From Myxococcota bacterium (GTDB taxonomy: Bacteria > Myxococcota_C > UBA6777), in contig JAKLKB010000035.1 of NCBI GenBank assembly GCA_023150835.1, positions 1 through 64,000 on the forward strand: a DNA stretch of 64,000 nucleotides, in the 5' to 3' direction. The position numbers were made by a program, and so were the translations under genes. Below are positions 38,143 through 48,018 of the stretch, one piece after another (position 1 is the first letter of the stretch; each line of letters opens with the position of its first letter). The notes under the pieces were generated by a model, which saw only the letters and a list, made by a program, of their open reading frames with translations, did not search any database and had not been told where the DNA came from.

Positions 38143-39648
38143 TCAAACTTTGGTGGCGAGTCGAATGTATTCGAGCAGCGTTGCGATGCCGAAGCCCGTT
38201 CCGCCACGGCGCAAGATCCCAAAGTCACGTTCGACATGCGCGGGTCCAGCGATATCCAAGTGCGCCCAGTTCACGCCTTCTTTGACAAACTCGCGCAAGA
38301 ACAAGCCTCCCGCGATCGCTCCTCCCCAACGCTCCCCAACGTTCGAGAGATCGGCGATGTTGCTTTTGAGTCCTTCGCGCACGTCTTCCAACAACGGAAG
38401 CGGCCAAAACGATTCGCCCACCTTTTCGCCTGCGGATTTGAGTTCATCGGCCATCGTTGGCGTGTTGCTCATCACGCCGGCGGTGTAGCGCCCCAGAGCG
38501 ACCATACAAGCCCCCGTCAAGGTCGCCAAGTCGATCACATGGGTGGCTCCTTGATCACAAGCGTAGCTCAAGGTGTCACCAAGCACCAAACGCCCTTCGG
38601 CGTCGGTATTGAGGATCTCGACGGTTTTTTTGTTGTAGGCCGTCACCACGTCGTTGACGCGAAATGCCGCAGCACCCGTCATATTTTCGGCGGCTGCGAT
38701 GTAGCCGTGTATCTCGAAGGGAGGCTTGAGTTGAGCGATCGCTTGCATCGCACCAAAAACAGCGGCTCCACCGGCCATATCCGCTTGCATCCCGTTCATG
38801 CTGGCAGCGGGTTTGATGCACAAGCCGCCCGAATCAAAAGTCAATCCTTTGCCGACGAGAGCGAGGACCATCGAACCTTTTTTGGGTTTTTTGGTGGGTT
38901 TGTAGACCAAGCGGATCAGGCGGCAAGGCTGAGCGCTACCCGCCCCAACAGCCAAAAACATGTGCATACCAAGTTCGCGCATCTGCGTGTCGTCTAGCAC
39001 TTCGCAAACCAAGTGGTAGGCGTTGGCCATCTCTTGGGCGCGCTTGGCAAATTCGGGGGGATGCAAGACACAAGGAGGTTCGTTGACGAGATCGCGAGCC
39101 GCAAAGATCGCGTCGAGGTAGATCTTGGCGTCATGAAAGGCATCTTTGAGGGCTTTGTTTTGGGCCGCGTTGGGTTTTTGTGGGCATTGCAGCCACAAGG
39201 ATTTCAGACTGGCGGCTTGGGCATCTTTGGTTTTGTACGTCAAGAAGCGGTACGAGACCAAACCCGCCCCCATCGCGGCTGCAAAGGCTTGGGCCGCCCA
39301 TGCCTCGGGTTCGTCTCCCAAGGTGATCGCAAGGCTGGTGGCTTTTTGTTGGTTGGCGGTTTCGGCGAGACTGGCGGCAAGGCTTTGCCATTCGGCGGGC
39401 TGGTTGGGCTTTTTGTTGCCCAATCCCACAACCAAGACTTGCCGTGCAGCCAAACGGCCCATCGGCGTCAACAGTAGCCGTTGGCCTGCTTTTCCTTCGA
39501 ATCCTTGGGCTTCTGCGAGATCTTGTAAGGGACCGCCCAGCGCGGTATCCAAGGCTGAAAAGCTATCATCTTTGTCTGTTCCGCCTACACACACCGCCAA
39601 CATATCAACTTTGGCTTGGAGATCCTGCTCTGCGATCTTGAAATCCAT
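38143..39648 (-). CDS. pepA: Leucyl aminopeptidase (M17)
   Basis: VGKGLTFDSGG, DMAGG, NTDAEGRL, DLATLTGA, WAHLDIAG. Confidence 0.93.
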   Translation of the reverse strand: MDFKIAEQDLQAKVDMLAVCVGGTDKDDSFSALDTALGGPLQDLAEAQGFEGKAGQRLLLTPMGRLAARQVLVVGLGNKKPNQPAEWQSLAASLAETANQQKATSLAITLGDEPEAWAAQAFAAAMGAGLVSYRFLTYKTKDAQAASLKSLWLQCPQKPNAAQNKALKDAFHDAKIYLDAIFAARDLVNEPPCVLHPPEFAKRAQEMANAYHLVCEVLDDTQMRELGMHMFLAVGAGSAQPCRLIRLVYKPTKKPKKGSMVLALVGKGLTFDSGGLCIKPAASMNGMQADMAGGAAVFGAMQAIAQLKPPFEIHGYIAAAENMTGAAAFRVNDVVTAYNKKTVEILNTDAEGRLVLGDTLSYACDQGATHVIDLATLTGACMVALGRYTAGVMSNTPTMADELKSAGEKVGESFWPLPLLEDVREGLKSNIADLSNVGERWGGAIAGGLFLREFVKEGVNWAHLDIAGPAHVERDFGILRRGGTGFGIATLLEYIRLATKV

Positions 39649-39708
39649 TTCTGTTCCTTTCTTCCTGTATTTCTCGAACGGTGCTGTTTCGCTGTGCTTT
39701 GACAACGG

Positions 39709-40950
39709 GTGACTGTTATGCTTTTTATACGTGCGCTGAAACCTTGTCTATCGGAAAGATTGTTTTGCGCGATCAAACGAGGGAGCTTTTGCTTGGCGAC
39801 AGGTCTGTCTTCTTCTTTGTTTTTGGCGGACGAGATGTGGTTGATGGCGTTGTGCTTTCCTGTGCGGCCCGATGCGCCGTCACCCTTCGATCTCGAAGCG
39901 ATGGTCCGCCATCTGCCTTTGCCCGATCTTGCGCAGCTTTTTGAGCGTGCGCAACACGAACGCTTGTTGCCACTGTTGTCATGGAAGCTACAACATCCCG
40001 ATGGATGGCCTTTTTCGATCCGAACGCAGATACCACACCTCCCTGACGAGATCCGTCAACGCGCTCGCAGCGCCCTTCGCCAACAGCGAAAATCTGCGAT
40101 GCTCCGAGAGGCTCTGCTACAGGATGTGGCCCATCACCTTCAAGTACTCGATACCCACGCGATCCTCTACAAAGGCTCGGCGTACGAACGCTCGTTGTAC
40201 TCGGAACTTGGCCTGCGACCGATGGTTGATACCGATATCATCGTACCGTCCTCCGCTTACGAGTCGTTATGCCATCGCCTCGAACAACACGGATATCACA
40301 GGCTGATCAAGCATTCTCACGAACAAAGTTTTCACCACCCGCCCACGGCAACCCTTCTTGATGTTCATCGGGCGCTTTCGCCCGAACAAGAGGGGCTTTT
40401 TGATGTCTCGGCGCTTTTTCCTTTGGGGGTGCCGCTGGGGGCGGCCCCTGCTTATTTGGTATTGCCTCCCGCGATGTTGCTGTTGTTGCATCTGTTTCAT
40501 CTGCGCGGCAACGGTATGAATCCAATCGAGGCTCCGTTGTTGTCGGTTGTGGATCTGTTGTTGCTTGCCCAACGGGCGATAGAAGAACGCGAGAGATTGT
40601 GGGGGGATGCGCAGCGTTGGCGATGTGTGGGGCTGTTGCGTCTTGCCGATGCGTTGCTCCAAGGGCTTTTCTTGACGCCGCCGCTACCGCTTGCACCGAC
40701 GTCTCGGTCACCTTGGGAAGCCTTGCAACGTGTTGCCTTGCCCCGATTGTTGGCCTGTATCCGACAGGCCAAGCATCACGCTGAGGTGCCCCGCTCTAGT
40801 TTCCAAAGCCCGCAAGATCAAGCCTTACGGTCGTTGCTGCGTTTCTTTTGCTACGACACTCTTCCCGATCTGCTGCGCAGTCAAACCGCCAAGGCCATGC
40901 GGCTGCTCGCACGAACCCTCAAGGAGCGCGCAGCTCGTCGCGGTGGGTGA
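39709..40950 (+). CDS. Nucleotidyltransferase family protein (NTP_transf_5-like)
   Basis: LYKGSAY...LYSELGLRPMVDTDIIV...LDVH; real start may be ~39835-39844. Confidence 0.8.
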   Translation: MTVMLFIRALKPCLSERLFCAIKRGSFCLATGLSSSLFLADEMWLMALCFPVRPDAPSPFDLEAMVRHLPLPDLAQLFERAQHERLLPLLSWKLQHPDGWPFSIRTQIPHLPDEIRQRARSALRQQRKSAMLREALLQDVAHHLQVLDTHAILYKGSAYERSLYSELGLRPMVDTDIIVPSSAYESLCHRLEQHGYHRLIKHSHEQSFHHPPTATLLDVHRALSPEQEGLFDVSALFPLGVPLGAAPAYLVLPPAMLLLLHLFHLRGNGMNPIEAPLLSVVDLLLLAQRAIEERERLWGDAQRWRCVGLLRLADALLQGLFLTPPLPLAPTSRSPWEALQRVALPRLLACIRQAKHHAEVPRSSFQSPQDQALRSLLRFFCYDTLPDLLRSQTAKAMRLLARTLKERAARRGG

Positions 40951-41992
40951 GCCGAAAATGAAAGTCGCGCTCACAGATGCCCGGCAACGCAAGGTAGATA
41001 AACACGCCATAACGCAAACCGTACCCGCAAACCGTCAAACGGTTGAGGTGATAGGTGCGCAAAAGGCTCTGGTATACGGGCAATCCGTACAACATCAACA
41101 GATCGTTTTCAAAGTCTTCTTGGCGTTCTTGATCTTCGGCGAGTTGGAGAAAGTGCTCGACAGTCATGTGGTTCGATTCGTAAAAATCGATCCGCGTGTT
41201 GATCAGGTATTGCATACGCTCCACAGTAATCACTCGCCCGTGTTGGCGGCGGTTTCCGCGTACGCCTGTGATGTTGGTGATGGCCGACCCCATACCAAAC
41301 GCCCGAGTCGGCGGTCGGTCGCGCAGTTCGGGAAAGAAGCTGTGTTGCGCGACTTCGCGTTCGATGTAACTCATGGCGCGACGATAGCTTTCGCCGACGC
41401 TGATGCGTGGGTTTTCCAAAAACAGGTTTTTGAGCAACACGCTTCCAAGTTCAAGGCTCCCAAGGCCCCAAAAGTGGAACCGTTCTTGGTTTAATTCTCC
41501 GCAAGATACTTCGGTGGAGCCTCCGCCTTGGTCGATCAACAAGACAGGTTGGCGCTTTTCGATCTCATGTTGAAAATGAAAAAAAGCCGAAAGCAGCGAA
41601 AGGTACGCCTCTTCTTCTTCTTCGAGGATCGTCATCTGGATGCCCAGCACATCCTTGATCAGATCCAACAAACGCGAGCGGTTTCGGGCTTTGCGAAAGA
41701 CGGCGGTTCCCACCAATACATACTGTTCGACGTCAAAAGGCTCGGCTTCCCGAAGAAACCCTCGCAACACATCCAACGTGCGTTGGATGCCTTCTTCTCG
41801 CAGCTCGCCCTGCTCGTCGAAGTACTCGCCAACTTGTGTGAGTTGTCCAAAGTTTTTCCGAAAGCCCAGATCTGCGTCGTCGCCGATCAATAAGCGGGCT
41901 GCTCTTGTCCCTAGGTCAAAGACCCCGATCCGCATGGGTGACTGCTCCTTTGCGCTACGAGAAGCCAAATCTTGCGAGTGCGAGGGAGACAC
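40919..41992 (-). CDS. Ppx/GppA phosphatase family protein
   Basis: DLGTRAARLLI, GTAVFR, EEEA, DQGGGSTE, GLRYG; start may be 41935. Confidence 0.85.
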   Translation of the reverse strand: MSPSHSQDLASRSAKEQSPMRIGVFDLGTRAARLLIGDDADLGFRKNFGQLTQVGEYFDEQGELREEGIQRTLDVLRGFLREAEPFDVEQYVLVGTAVFRKARNRSRLLDLIKDVLGIQMTILEEEEEAYLSLLSAFFHFQHEIEKRQPVLLIDQGGGSTEVSCGELNQERFHFWGLGSLELGSVLLKNLFLENPRISVGESYRRAMSYIEREVAQHSFFPELRDRPPTRAFGMGSAITNITGVRGNRRQHGRVITVERMQYLINTRIDFYESNHMTVEHFLQLAEDQERQEDFENDLLMLYGLPVYQSLLRTYHLNRLTVCGYGLRYGVFIYLALPGICERDFHFRLTHRDELRAP

Positions 41993-42187
41993 ACCTCCGC
42001 CTCACCTTTCGCGTCGGACACGCAAACACGCGCCCGATCGCGCCCCACAAGCAAGGTTCATCGAAATAGCACAACGTCCCAAGAAAGGGAACCCCAAACG
42101 CAAGGCGTCGTAAAGTTGACAGCGCAAGGCGAGCGTGGCAGCGTCTTGCGTGAAACGTGTTTTCTTTCCTTTTCGGAGCAACGCAGT

Positions 42188-42312
42188 GGACAAAAAACCC
42201 CGTGATCTGGTCATTTCTCGCGACAGAGTCGTTGGTTTGAAAAACGATGATCTCTTCGCCAACATGGGGTCAAGGGGCGACAGTCTATGGCGGGGTTTGG
42301 GGCCGTGCCCCA
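42188..42312 (-). repeat. ~125-bp structured dispersed element, copy B
   Basis: Reverse complement reads TGGGGCACGGCCCCA...CCCCTTGACCCCATGTTGGCGAAGAGATC...CACGGGGTTTTTTGTCC. Confidence 0.75.
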
Positions 42313-42391
42313 TCCAACCAACCCACTGCGTCCTCGAACCTTTGTGTCGGTCAAACGGCAGTCGAACATCCTGTTTTGGGAGGCAACGTTG

Positions 42392-43201
42392 ATGCAAAAA
42401 CCCCGCGTGAGGCTTTTGGGGCGACGGTGGTTGGGATGGATGGGTTTGGTGTGGTTGGGGGCAGTATGGGGGCTGATGCAACAGGCCGATGGTGCGCCTT
42501 CTCCGTGCCCAAAGGAGATGAGCGAGATCCCTGCGGGGGCCTATATGCGCGGATCTCGGCAAGGTCGGCTCGATGAACAGCCTGTGCGCAAGATCCGCCT
42601 CCGTCGTTTTTGCCTCGATCGCACAGAAGTCAGTATGTCCGCCTATCGAAAGTGCGTACAGTCTGGACGTTGCAGCCCTACAGGAAAACCGCTCAACGAT
42701 TATGCGGCGCTTCGCCCCGCCGTCTATGTGCATTGGCATCAAGCAGAAGCCTATTGCAAGGCCATCGGCAAACGCCTTCCGACAGAAGCCGAGTGGGAAC
42801 GCGCTGCTCGTGCTGATCGTGTGGGGGCTTTGTATCCCCTCGACGGTCGGATATCTTGCGAACGCGCAAACTACGGTGCGCTTCCGACTTACCCTTGCGA
42901 GCGCGGGCACAGCAAAGTCCCCCAACCTGTCACCCGCTACGAAGCTGGACCCTTTGGTTTGCACAATATGGCGGGCAATGTCGCAGAGTGGGTTGCTGAT
43001 TGTTACGTGCCAGATTATTATCGCGAAAGTCCGAGCCAAGATCCTGTGGCACGTTCCTGCTCACAAGATGCTGCGCGTGTGATCCGTGGTGGGTCTTTTT
43101 CTTCGCCCCTTCAAGATCTCCGCATCTCCGCACGAAAAGCTGCATGGGCATACGGGATCTTTTTCGATGTCGGATTCCGCTGCGCGAAAGATCTCCCCTA
43201 G
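42392..43201 (+). CDS. FGE-sulfatase/SUMF1 domain secreted protein
   Basis: DRTEVS, RLPTEAEWERAAR, GLHNMAGNVAEW, RGGS, GFRC. Confidence 0.9.
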   Translation: MQKPRVRLLGRRWLGWMGLVWLGAVWGLMQQADGAPSPCPKEMSEIPAGAYMRGSRQGRLDEQPVRKIRLRRFCLDRTEVSMSAYRKCVQSGRCSPTGKPLNDYAALRPAVYVHWHQAEAYCKAIGKRLPTEAEWERAARADRVGALYPLDGRISCERANYGALPTYPCERGHSKVPQPVTRYEAGPFGLHNMAGNVAEWVADCYVPDYYRESPSQDPVARSCSQDAARVIRGGSFSSPLQDLRISARKAAWAYGIFFDVGFRCAKDLP

Positions 43202-43275
43202 ACTTTGCACCTGCTTGTGTTCTCCTTCCCACCAGATCCTCCGCGCTCACTCTTTCCTTTTCGGAGACGTTCTTC

Positions 43276-46266
43276 ATGAGTCAGGATCAAGATCCAAAGG
43301 CCAAGCCTACTTCCCCCCCAAAACAAGACAACAGCGCGATCTCTGCACTTGCGACGCTTGACTTTGGCGATATCTCCAAAGACCTCGACGATCTCTTCGG
43401 CAAGGCGGATGACCCGCTGTTCGGCGGAACCTCCACCCAAGGCTCCTCTCTGTTGGATGATCTCTTCTTCTCTTCCACCAAAAAACAACAACCCCTTCCC
43501 TCCCCCCTCCCTGCTGATCTTTCTCCAACTCCTCCTTCAAAAATCGATGCCTCTAAAGCCACTGATGTTGCGGCCTTTCCGCAAACATCACAAACCGCCG
43601 AAACTTCGGCCTTTCCGCAAACACCACAAATCGCCGAAAATGCGGCTTTTCCGCAGGCATCACAAACCGCCGATACTTCGGCCTTCCCGCAAACACCACA
43701 AACCGCCGATACTTCGGCCTTTCCGCAAACATCACAAACCGCCGAAACTTCGGCTTTTCCGCAGGCATCACAAACCGCCGAAACTTCGGCCTTTCCGCAG
43801 GCATCACAAACCGCCGAAACTTCGGCCTTTCCGCAAACATCACAAACCACCGATACTTCAGCTTTTCCGCAGGCATCACAAACCGCCGAAAATGCGGCCT
43901 TTGTACCTACCTCCGCAATCCCCACAGAGTCCGTCAGCGATACCTTCAAAACAACGGCTGCTGTAGCCTTCACCCCACACGCCAAAGATCCACAGTCCTT
44001 GTTTTTTGAAGACGCCTCGAAAACGACCGATGCGATGGCTTTTGTGGACTTTGCACCGACACTTCAGCCACCGCCTGCGGCTTTTTCCAAGCCCGCGACA
44101 CCGCCACCACCGCCTGTCGCTTTTTCCAAACCCGTGACACCACCGCCTCCGTTTTCAGCGCCGCCATCGTCTCCGTCTTCTTTGTCTGCCATGTTCCCTC
44201 CCCCGTCGTCCGCCGCTTCGATCTTGCCGAACCTACCGCCCAAAGCAGCCGTTGCCTCGCCTACATTCAACTCACCTCCGCCCGCCCTAGAGCCTGTTGC
44301 GGAACCCTCCAAAAAACGCAGCATGGCCCAAACTATTGCTTTTGGCCCCGAAGATCTCGCCTCGTTGCGTTCGATTGCCATCGCTTCGGATACGGCGGCC
44401 CCTGCGCAGAGACTCTTTGAAGAGCAAGATCACGCCGAAACGACGGCTCAGTCGGTGGTTTCTTCGGATAGTTCAGGGACACCGCCCTTTGGAAGCCTCA
44501 CGGGAGGCCACGAAGCGAATGTTTCGATGCCCCCACCTATGCAGATGACGGGAACACCGGCTTTTGGTACACCATCGCCTGTTGAGCCGTCCGAACCGTC
44601 GTCTGCTGTTCGGCCTGAACCATCGCCACCGATGCAAACGGCGGGAACACCGGCTTTTGGTACACCATCGTTTCCCGCTTCATCGGCTGTTCCTCCACCT
44701 GCGCAGATGACGGGAACACCGGCTTTTGGTACACCATCGTTTCCCGCTTCATCGGCTGTTCCTCCACCTGCGCAGATGACGGGAACACCGCCGTTTGGAA
44801 CATTTGTAGGCGAACACGCCCACCGCGAAGCTACTGCCTCTCCTACGCAAACGACGCAATCGCCCGCCTTGGATGCCTCGACATTCTCCACATCGCCCGC
44901 CTTGGATGCCTCGCTTGCTGTGGCCCCAACGACCGCCTCAGAAGTGACCAAAAAGCCCGAACGAGCGATGGCACAGACGTTGATGTTTGGTTTTGATGTC
45001 TCCCAAATCGAAGGGTTCCAAAAAGCCCAAGCTGCGATGACAAACGACAAAGAGGCTTCCAATGAGGCCACGTCGGCCATGCTTGCGATGTCTTCGGATG
45101 CGTCGGACGAAGTGCCTTTCGAGGTGGGCGACTTTGATTCGACGTCTTTTGGGGGGGCTTCTCCTTTTCGGCGAGAACCTTCGGAGGCTACGGATGCTGT
45201 GCTTGCGCCAATTCCGTCAGTTCCAACCTCTTCATTCCAAACACCACCCATGTCTTCTGCAAAACCTGAGATGAACAAGACGATGGCTTTTGGGATCCAG
45301 ATCGGCGACTTGATGGGCAGCGGGTTTCCCGAGTCGACCCTCGAAGATATCCCAATGCAAGCCGTTCAGGCCGCTGTTCGCGAACGTGAGGCCCAGATCG
45401 CCAACCAAGAAGCCGCTGCAAGAGCGGCCTCTTCGGTCCCAAACGCTGTGTCTGTTTCAAGCAGCGATCCTCCGATGCCGCCGCAGCCTGCCGCCGCGCA
45501 TCAAACCATCGCTTTTGGTGCGGAAGAGATCGCCGAAGCCTTCAAAGCGCGAGCAGCGCGCATGAGCGAGCGCGAGGCCCAACAAACCGCCAAGCCTTCG
45601 CAACCACCGCCTGTTATGGAAAAGAAGCCAGCCGCCTCGCAAACCTTGATGTTCGGCGCAGATGACGTCCAAGCCGCCCTTCAACAACGCAATGTTTCGG
45701 AAAAGAAACCAGCCGCGTCACAGACGTTGATGTTTGGTGCAGAAGATGTTCAAGCCGCCCTCCAACAACGCAACGCTCCTGCTCAAAAAGCCGAAGAACG
45801 GCCCGTTTTTGCTGTCACATTGGATCCCAACGCCCCTGCGGCTCGATCTCTCCAAGACGGAGCGCCCATCGACTCGTTCTTTGATGCGCTCTTGCCTGCC
45901 CAAGCCATCGAACAAGCCGTGCAAGAACGCCTTGCTGCCCAACAAGCCGAACAAGCTGCTGCCGCTCGGCCTCCATCGCCCCCACCTCATCCCGGTGTTG
46001 CGGGTCCGATGGGCGGAGGCGCACCCACAAAGCCTGTTCATCCCGGTGTTGCCGGACCGACGGGCGGGGCCGCACCCATGCCTGCACCAGCGCCCAAACC
46101 ATCGGCGCAGAAGCCACCCCCCCAATCCACCATGCCGATGCGTCAACCCTCTGCCGCCCCCTCCGCCCCCACATCGAGCAAGATCCCCTTTGTCTTGGGA
46201 GCGGCGGCTGTGGTGTTGTTGTTGTTGTATGTGTTGGGCTTTGTGTGGCCGGGCTTCTTCAAATAG
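43276..46266 (+). CDS. ~996-aa intrinsically disordered tail-anchored protein with internal repeats
   Basis: GGAG RBS; P/S/T/A-rich; 36-bp repeat (~9 copies); (Q/K)TxxFG motif x6; C-terminal TM IPFVLGAAAVVLLLLYVLGFVW. Confidence 0.75.
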   Translation: MSQDQDPKAKPTSPPKQDNSAISALATLDFGDISKDLDDLFGKADDPLFGGTSTQGSSLLDDLFFSSTKKQQPLPSPLPADLSPTPPSKIDASKATDVAAFPQTSQTAETSAFPQTPQIAENAAFPQASQTADTSAFPQTPQTADTSAFPQTSQTAETSAFPQASQTAETSAFPQASQTAETSAFPQTSQTTDTSAFPQASQTAENAAFVPTSAIPTESVSDTFKTTAAVAFTPHAKDPQSLFFEDASKTTDAMAFVDFAPTLQPPPAAFSKPATPPPPPVAFSKPVTPPPPFSAPPSSPSSLSAMFPPPSSAASILPNLPPKAAVASPTFNSPPPALEPVAEPSKKRSMAQTIAFGPEDLASLRSIAIASDTAAPAQRLFEEQDHAETTAQSVVSSDSSGTPPFGSLTGGHEANVSMPPPMQMTGTPAFGTPSPVEPSEPSSAVRPEPSPPMQTAGTPAFGTPSFPASSAVPPPAQMTGTPAFGTPSFPASSAVPPPAQMTGTPPFGTFVGEHAHREATASPTQTTQSPALDASTFSTSPALDASLAVAPTTASEVTKKPERAMAQTLMFGFDVSQIEGFQKAQAAMTNDKEASNEATSAMLAMSSDASDEVPFEVGDFDSTSFGGASPFRREPSEATDAVLAPIPSVPTSSFQTPPMSSAKPEMNKTMAFGIQIGDLMGSGFPESTLEDIPMQAVQAAVREREAQIANQEAAARAASSVPNAVSVSSSDPPMPPQPAAAHQTIAFGAEEIAEAFKARAARMSEREAQQTAKPSQPPPVMEKKPAASQTLMFGADDVQAALQQRNVSEKKPAASQTLMFGAEDVQAALQQRNAPAQKAEERPVFAVTLDPNAPAARSLQDGAPIDSFFDALLPAQAIEQAVQERLAAQQAEQAAAARPPSPPPHPGVAGPMGGGAPTKPVHPGVAGPTGGAAPMPAPAPKPSAQKPPPQSTMPMRQPSAAPSAPTSSKIPFVLGAAAVVLLLLYVLGFVWPGFFK
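43570..43903. repeat. 36-bp coding tandem repeat (AFPQxSQTAxTS, ~9 copies)
   Basis: Visible in both DNA and translation. Confidence 0.9.
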
Positions 46267-46277
46267 GGTTGGGATGG

Positions 46278-47738
46278 TTAGGGGGGATCAAGGCGGGTGC
46301 GGTGGGTGATGGGGTCGTCTTCCCAGTCGGGATCGTTGCCGACGAAGTAGTGAGCGGCGTATTGACGGCAGTTGAGGCGGGCGTCCATCTGAGCAAGCAG
46401 CGAAACCATCCCAAAGCCGATGCGGTTCAAAAAGACCGAGTCAGCGGGCATATTGAGCTTAAAGAGGTTGGGGTTTTCGGTGAACATCTTGCGGAAGGTG
46501 GTTTCGGGGCTGTGATCGGCAAAGATGAAGGGTTCATCGATCAGATAAGGCTCGTAGAGATAGCGCATCAGGTCGCGGAATGCCGAAGGATCGAACTTGA
46601 CGCCTTGTTTGAAAAAGCCGATCTGGTAGGCCAATTGTTCCATCTCTTCGTATCGGTCGAGGTAAACAGCGCGACACATCTGAATCCAGAGTTTGCGCCG
46701 ATCGTCGGGGAAATGCCGTGTGCATCCGTAGTCAAGGAAGACCACGCGGCCATCTTCGAGAAATAGGTAGTTTCCCGGGTGTGGATCGCAGTTAAAAAGC
46801 CCGTCAAGGTAAAAGGAACCCAGATAAAAGCGATAGAACAGGCGGGTGACGCGGTCTCTTTCGGTCTCGCTCGGTTGGGTGGCCAGCCACTCGTAAAAGC
46901 CCTTGCCTTGGTAAAAGGTGGTGGTGAGGATGCGGCGGGTTGAATAGGCCTCGTGGACATGGGGGACGACGATCCAAGGGTGTGTTGCAAAGACTTCGGC
47001 AAAGCGGCGTTGATACGCGGCTTCTTTGCGGTAGTCGCATTCATCAAGGAAGCGTTCTTCGAGTTCTTGCATGATGGCCTTGGTATCGGTGCGAAAGAAA
47101 AGCATCTGTTGAAAGAGGCCGAGAAATTGGCCATTACGGAGATCAGCTTGCATGGCGTCTTCGATCCCGGGGTATTGGATCTTGACAGCGACGGGGGTTC
47201 CGTCGTGGAGGGTGGCGCGGTGGACTTGGCCGATGGAGGCGGCTGCAAGGGGCTTTCGTTCGAAGGAAGCGAAGAGGGCTTCGGGATCTTTTCCGAGTTC
47301 GTCGAAGAATTGGTCTTGGATCTGTTCCCAAGGCATGGGGGGAGCGTCGCGTTGGAGGACGGCAAGGGTTTTGCGGGCTTCGGGGGGCAAGACATCGCCG
47401 AGATAACTCAGCATCTGCCCAAGTTTCATCGCGGCTCCGCGCATCTTGGAAAAAGTCTGTACCATTTGAAGTGCAAGGGCTTGTGCGGATTCTTGTTTGC
47501 GTTTTTCGTTTTCTTCGTCCGAAGCGAAGGCGCTTTTGGCTTTGTCGGAGAGCCAACGACTGCTGCTTGAGAGCGCGAATCGCGAGATCTGAAGGGCGCG
47601 TCCAAGGCGGCCTGTGCGCAGCTTTTCGCCTTCGGAATCAAGGGCGGCTTCCAAGGCCGCTCGGGTCTTTTCGTCGCTTTCCTCCAACAAGGGCCGAAGA
47701 TGCTCGGGGATATCTTTGGGAGGGCGTTCTTTGGGCAT
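46278..47738 (-). CDS. ABC1/UbiB-family atypical kinase
   Basis: MKLGQ, AAASIGQVH, VAVKIQYP, DPHPGN, FLDYG; GGAG RBS before ATG 47738. Confidence 0.9.
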   Translation of the reverse strand: MPKERPPKDIPEHLRPLLEESDEKTRAALEAALDSEGEKLRTGRLGRALQISRFALSSSSRWLSDKAKSAFASDEENEKRKQESAQALALQMVQTFSKMRGAAMKLGQMLSYLGDVLPPEARKTLAVLQRDAPPMPWEQIQDQFFDELGKDPEALFASFERKPLAAASIGQVHRATLHDGTPVAVKIQYPGIEDAMQADLRNGQFLGLFQQMLFFRTDTKAIMQELEERFLDECDYRKEAAYQRRFAEVFATHPWIVVPHVHEAYSTRRILTTTFYQGKGFYEWLATQPSETERDRVTRLFYRFYLGSFYLDGLFNCDPHPGNYLFLEDGRVVFLDYGCTRHFPDDRRKLWIQMCRAVYLDRYEEMEQLAYQIGFFKQGVKFDPSAFRDLMRYLYEPYLIDEPFIFADHSPETTFRKMFTENPNLFKLNMPADSVFLNRIGFGMVSLLAQMDARLNCRQYAAHYFVGNDPDWEDDPITHRTRLDPP

Positions 47739-48018
47739 GATCAAGTCTCCATGTCGGTGTGGACGCAATCGATGGGATGAGGCTGATCCCCCACATCGTC
47801 GGTTTTTTGCGTGGAGAAGCAAGGTTTGTTCGGAAAGCAGTGGTTGTGGATCATCTGCGTTGTTGTCAAGCCCCGAGCCGTTTACGCTGTTGTCCAGCCC
47901 CAAATGGATGCTTCGTGCGGAAGGGCGTTTGTGAAGGAGGCACTCGAAGCGGGGGTTGGATCGTGATAGGTTGCGGCTTTTCGCGTGGTGTGTCGGTGTG
48001 GAGGAAGAGGAGGGCAAA

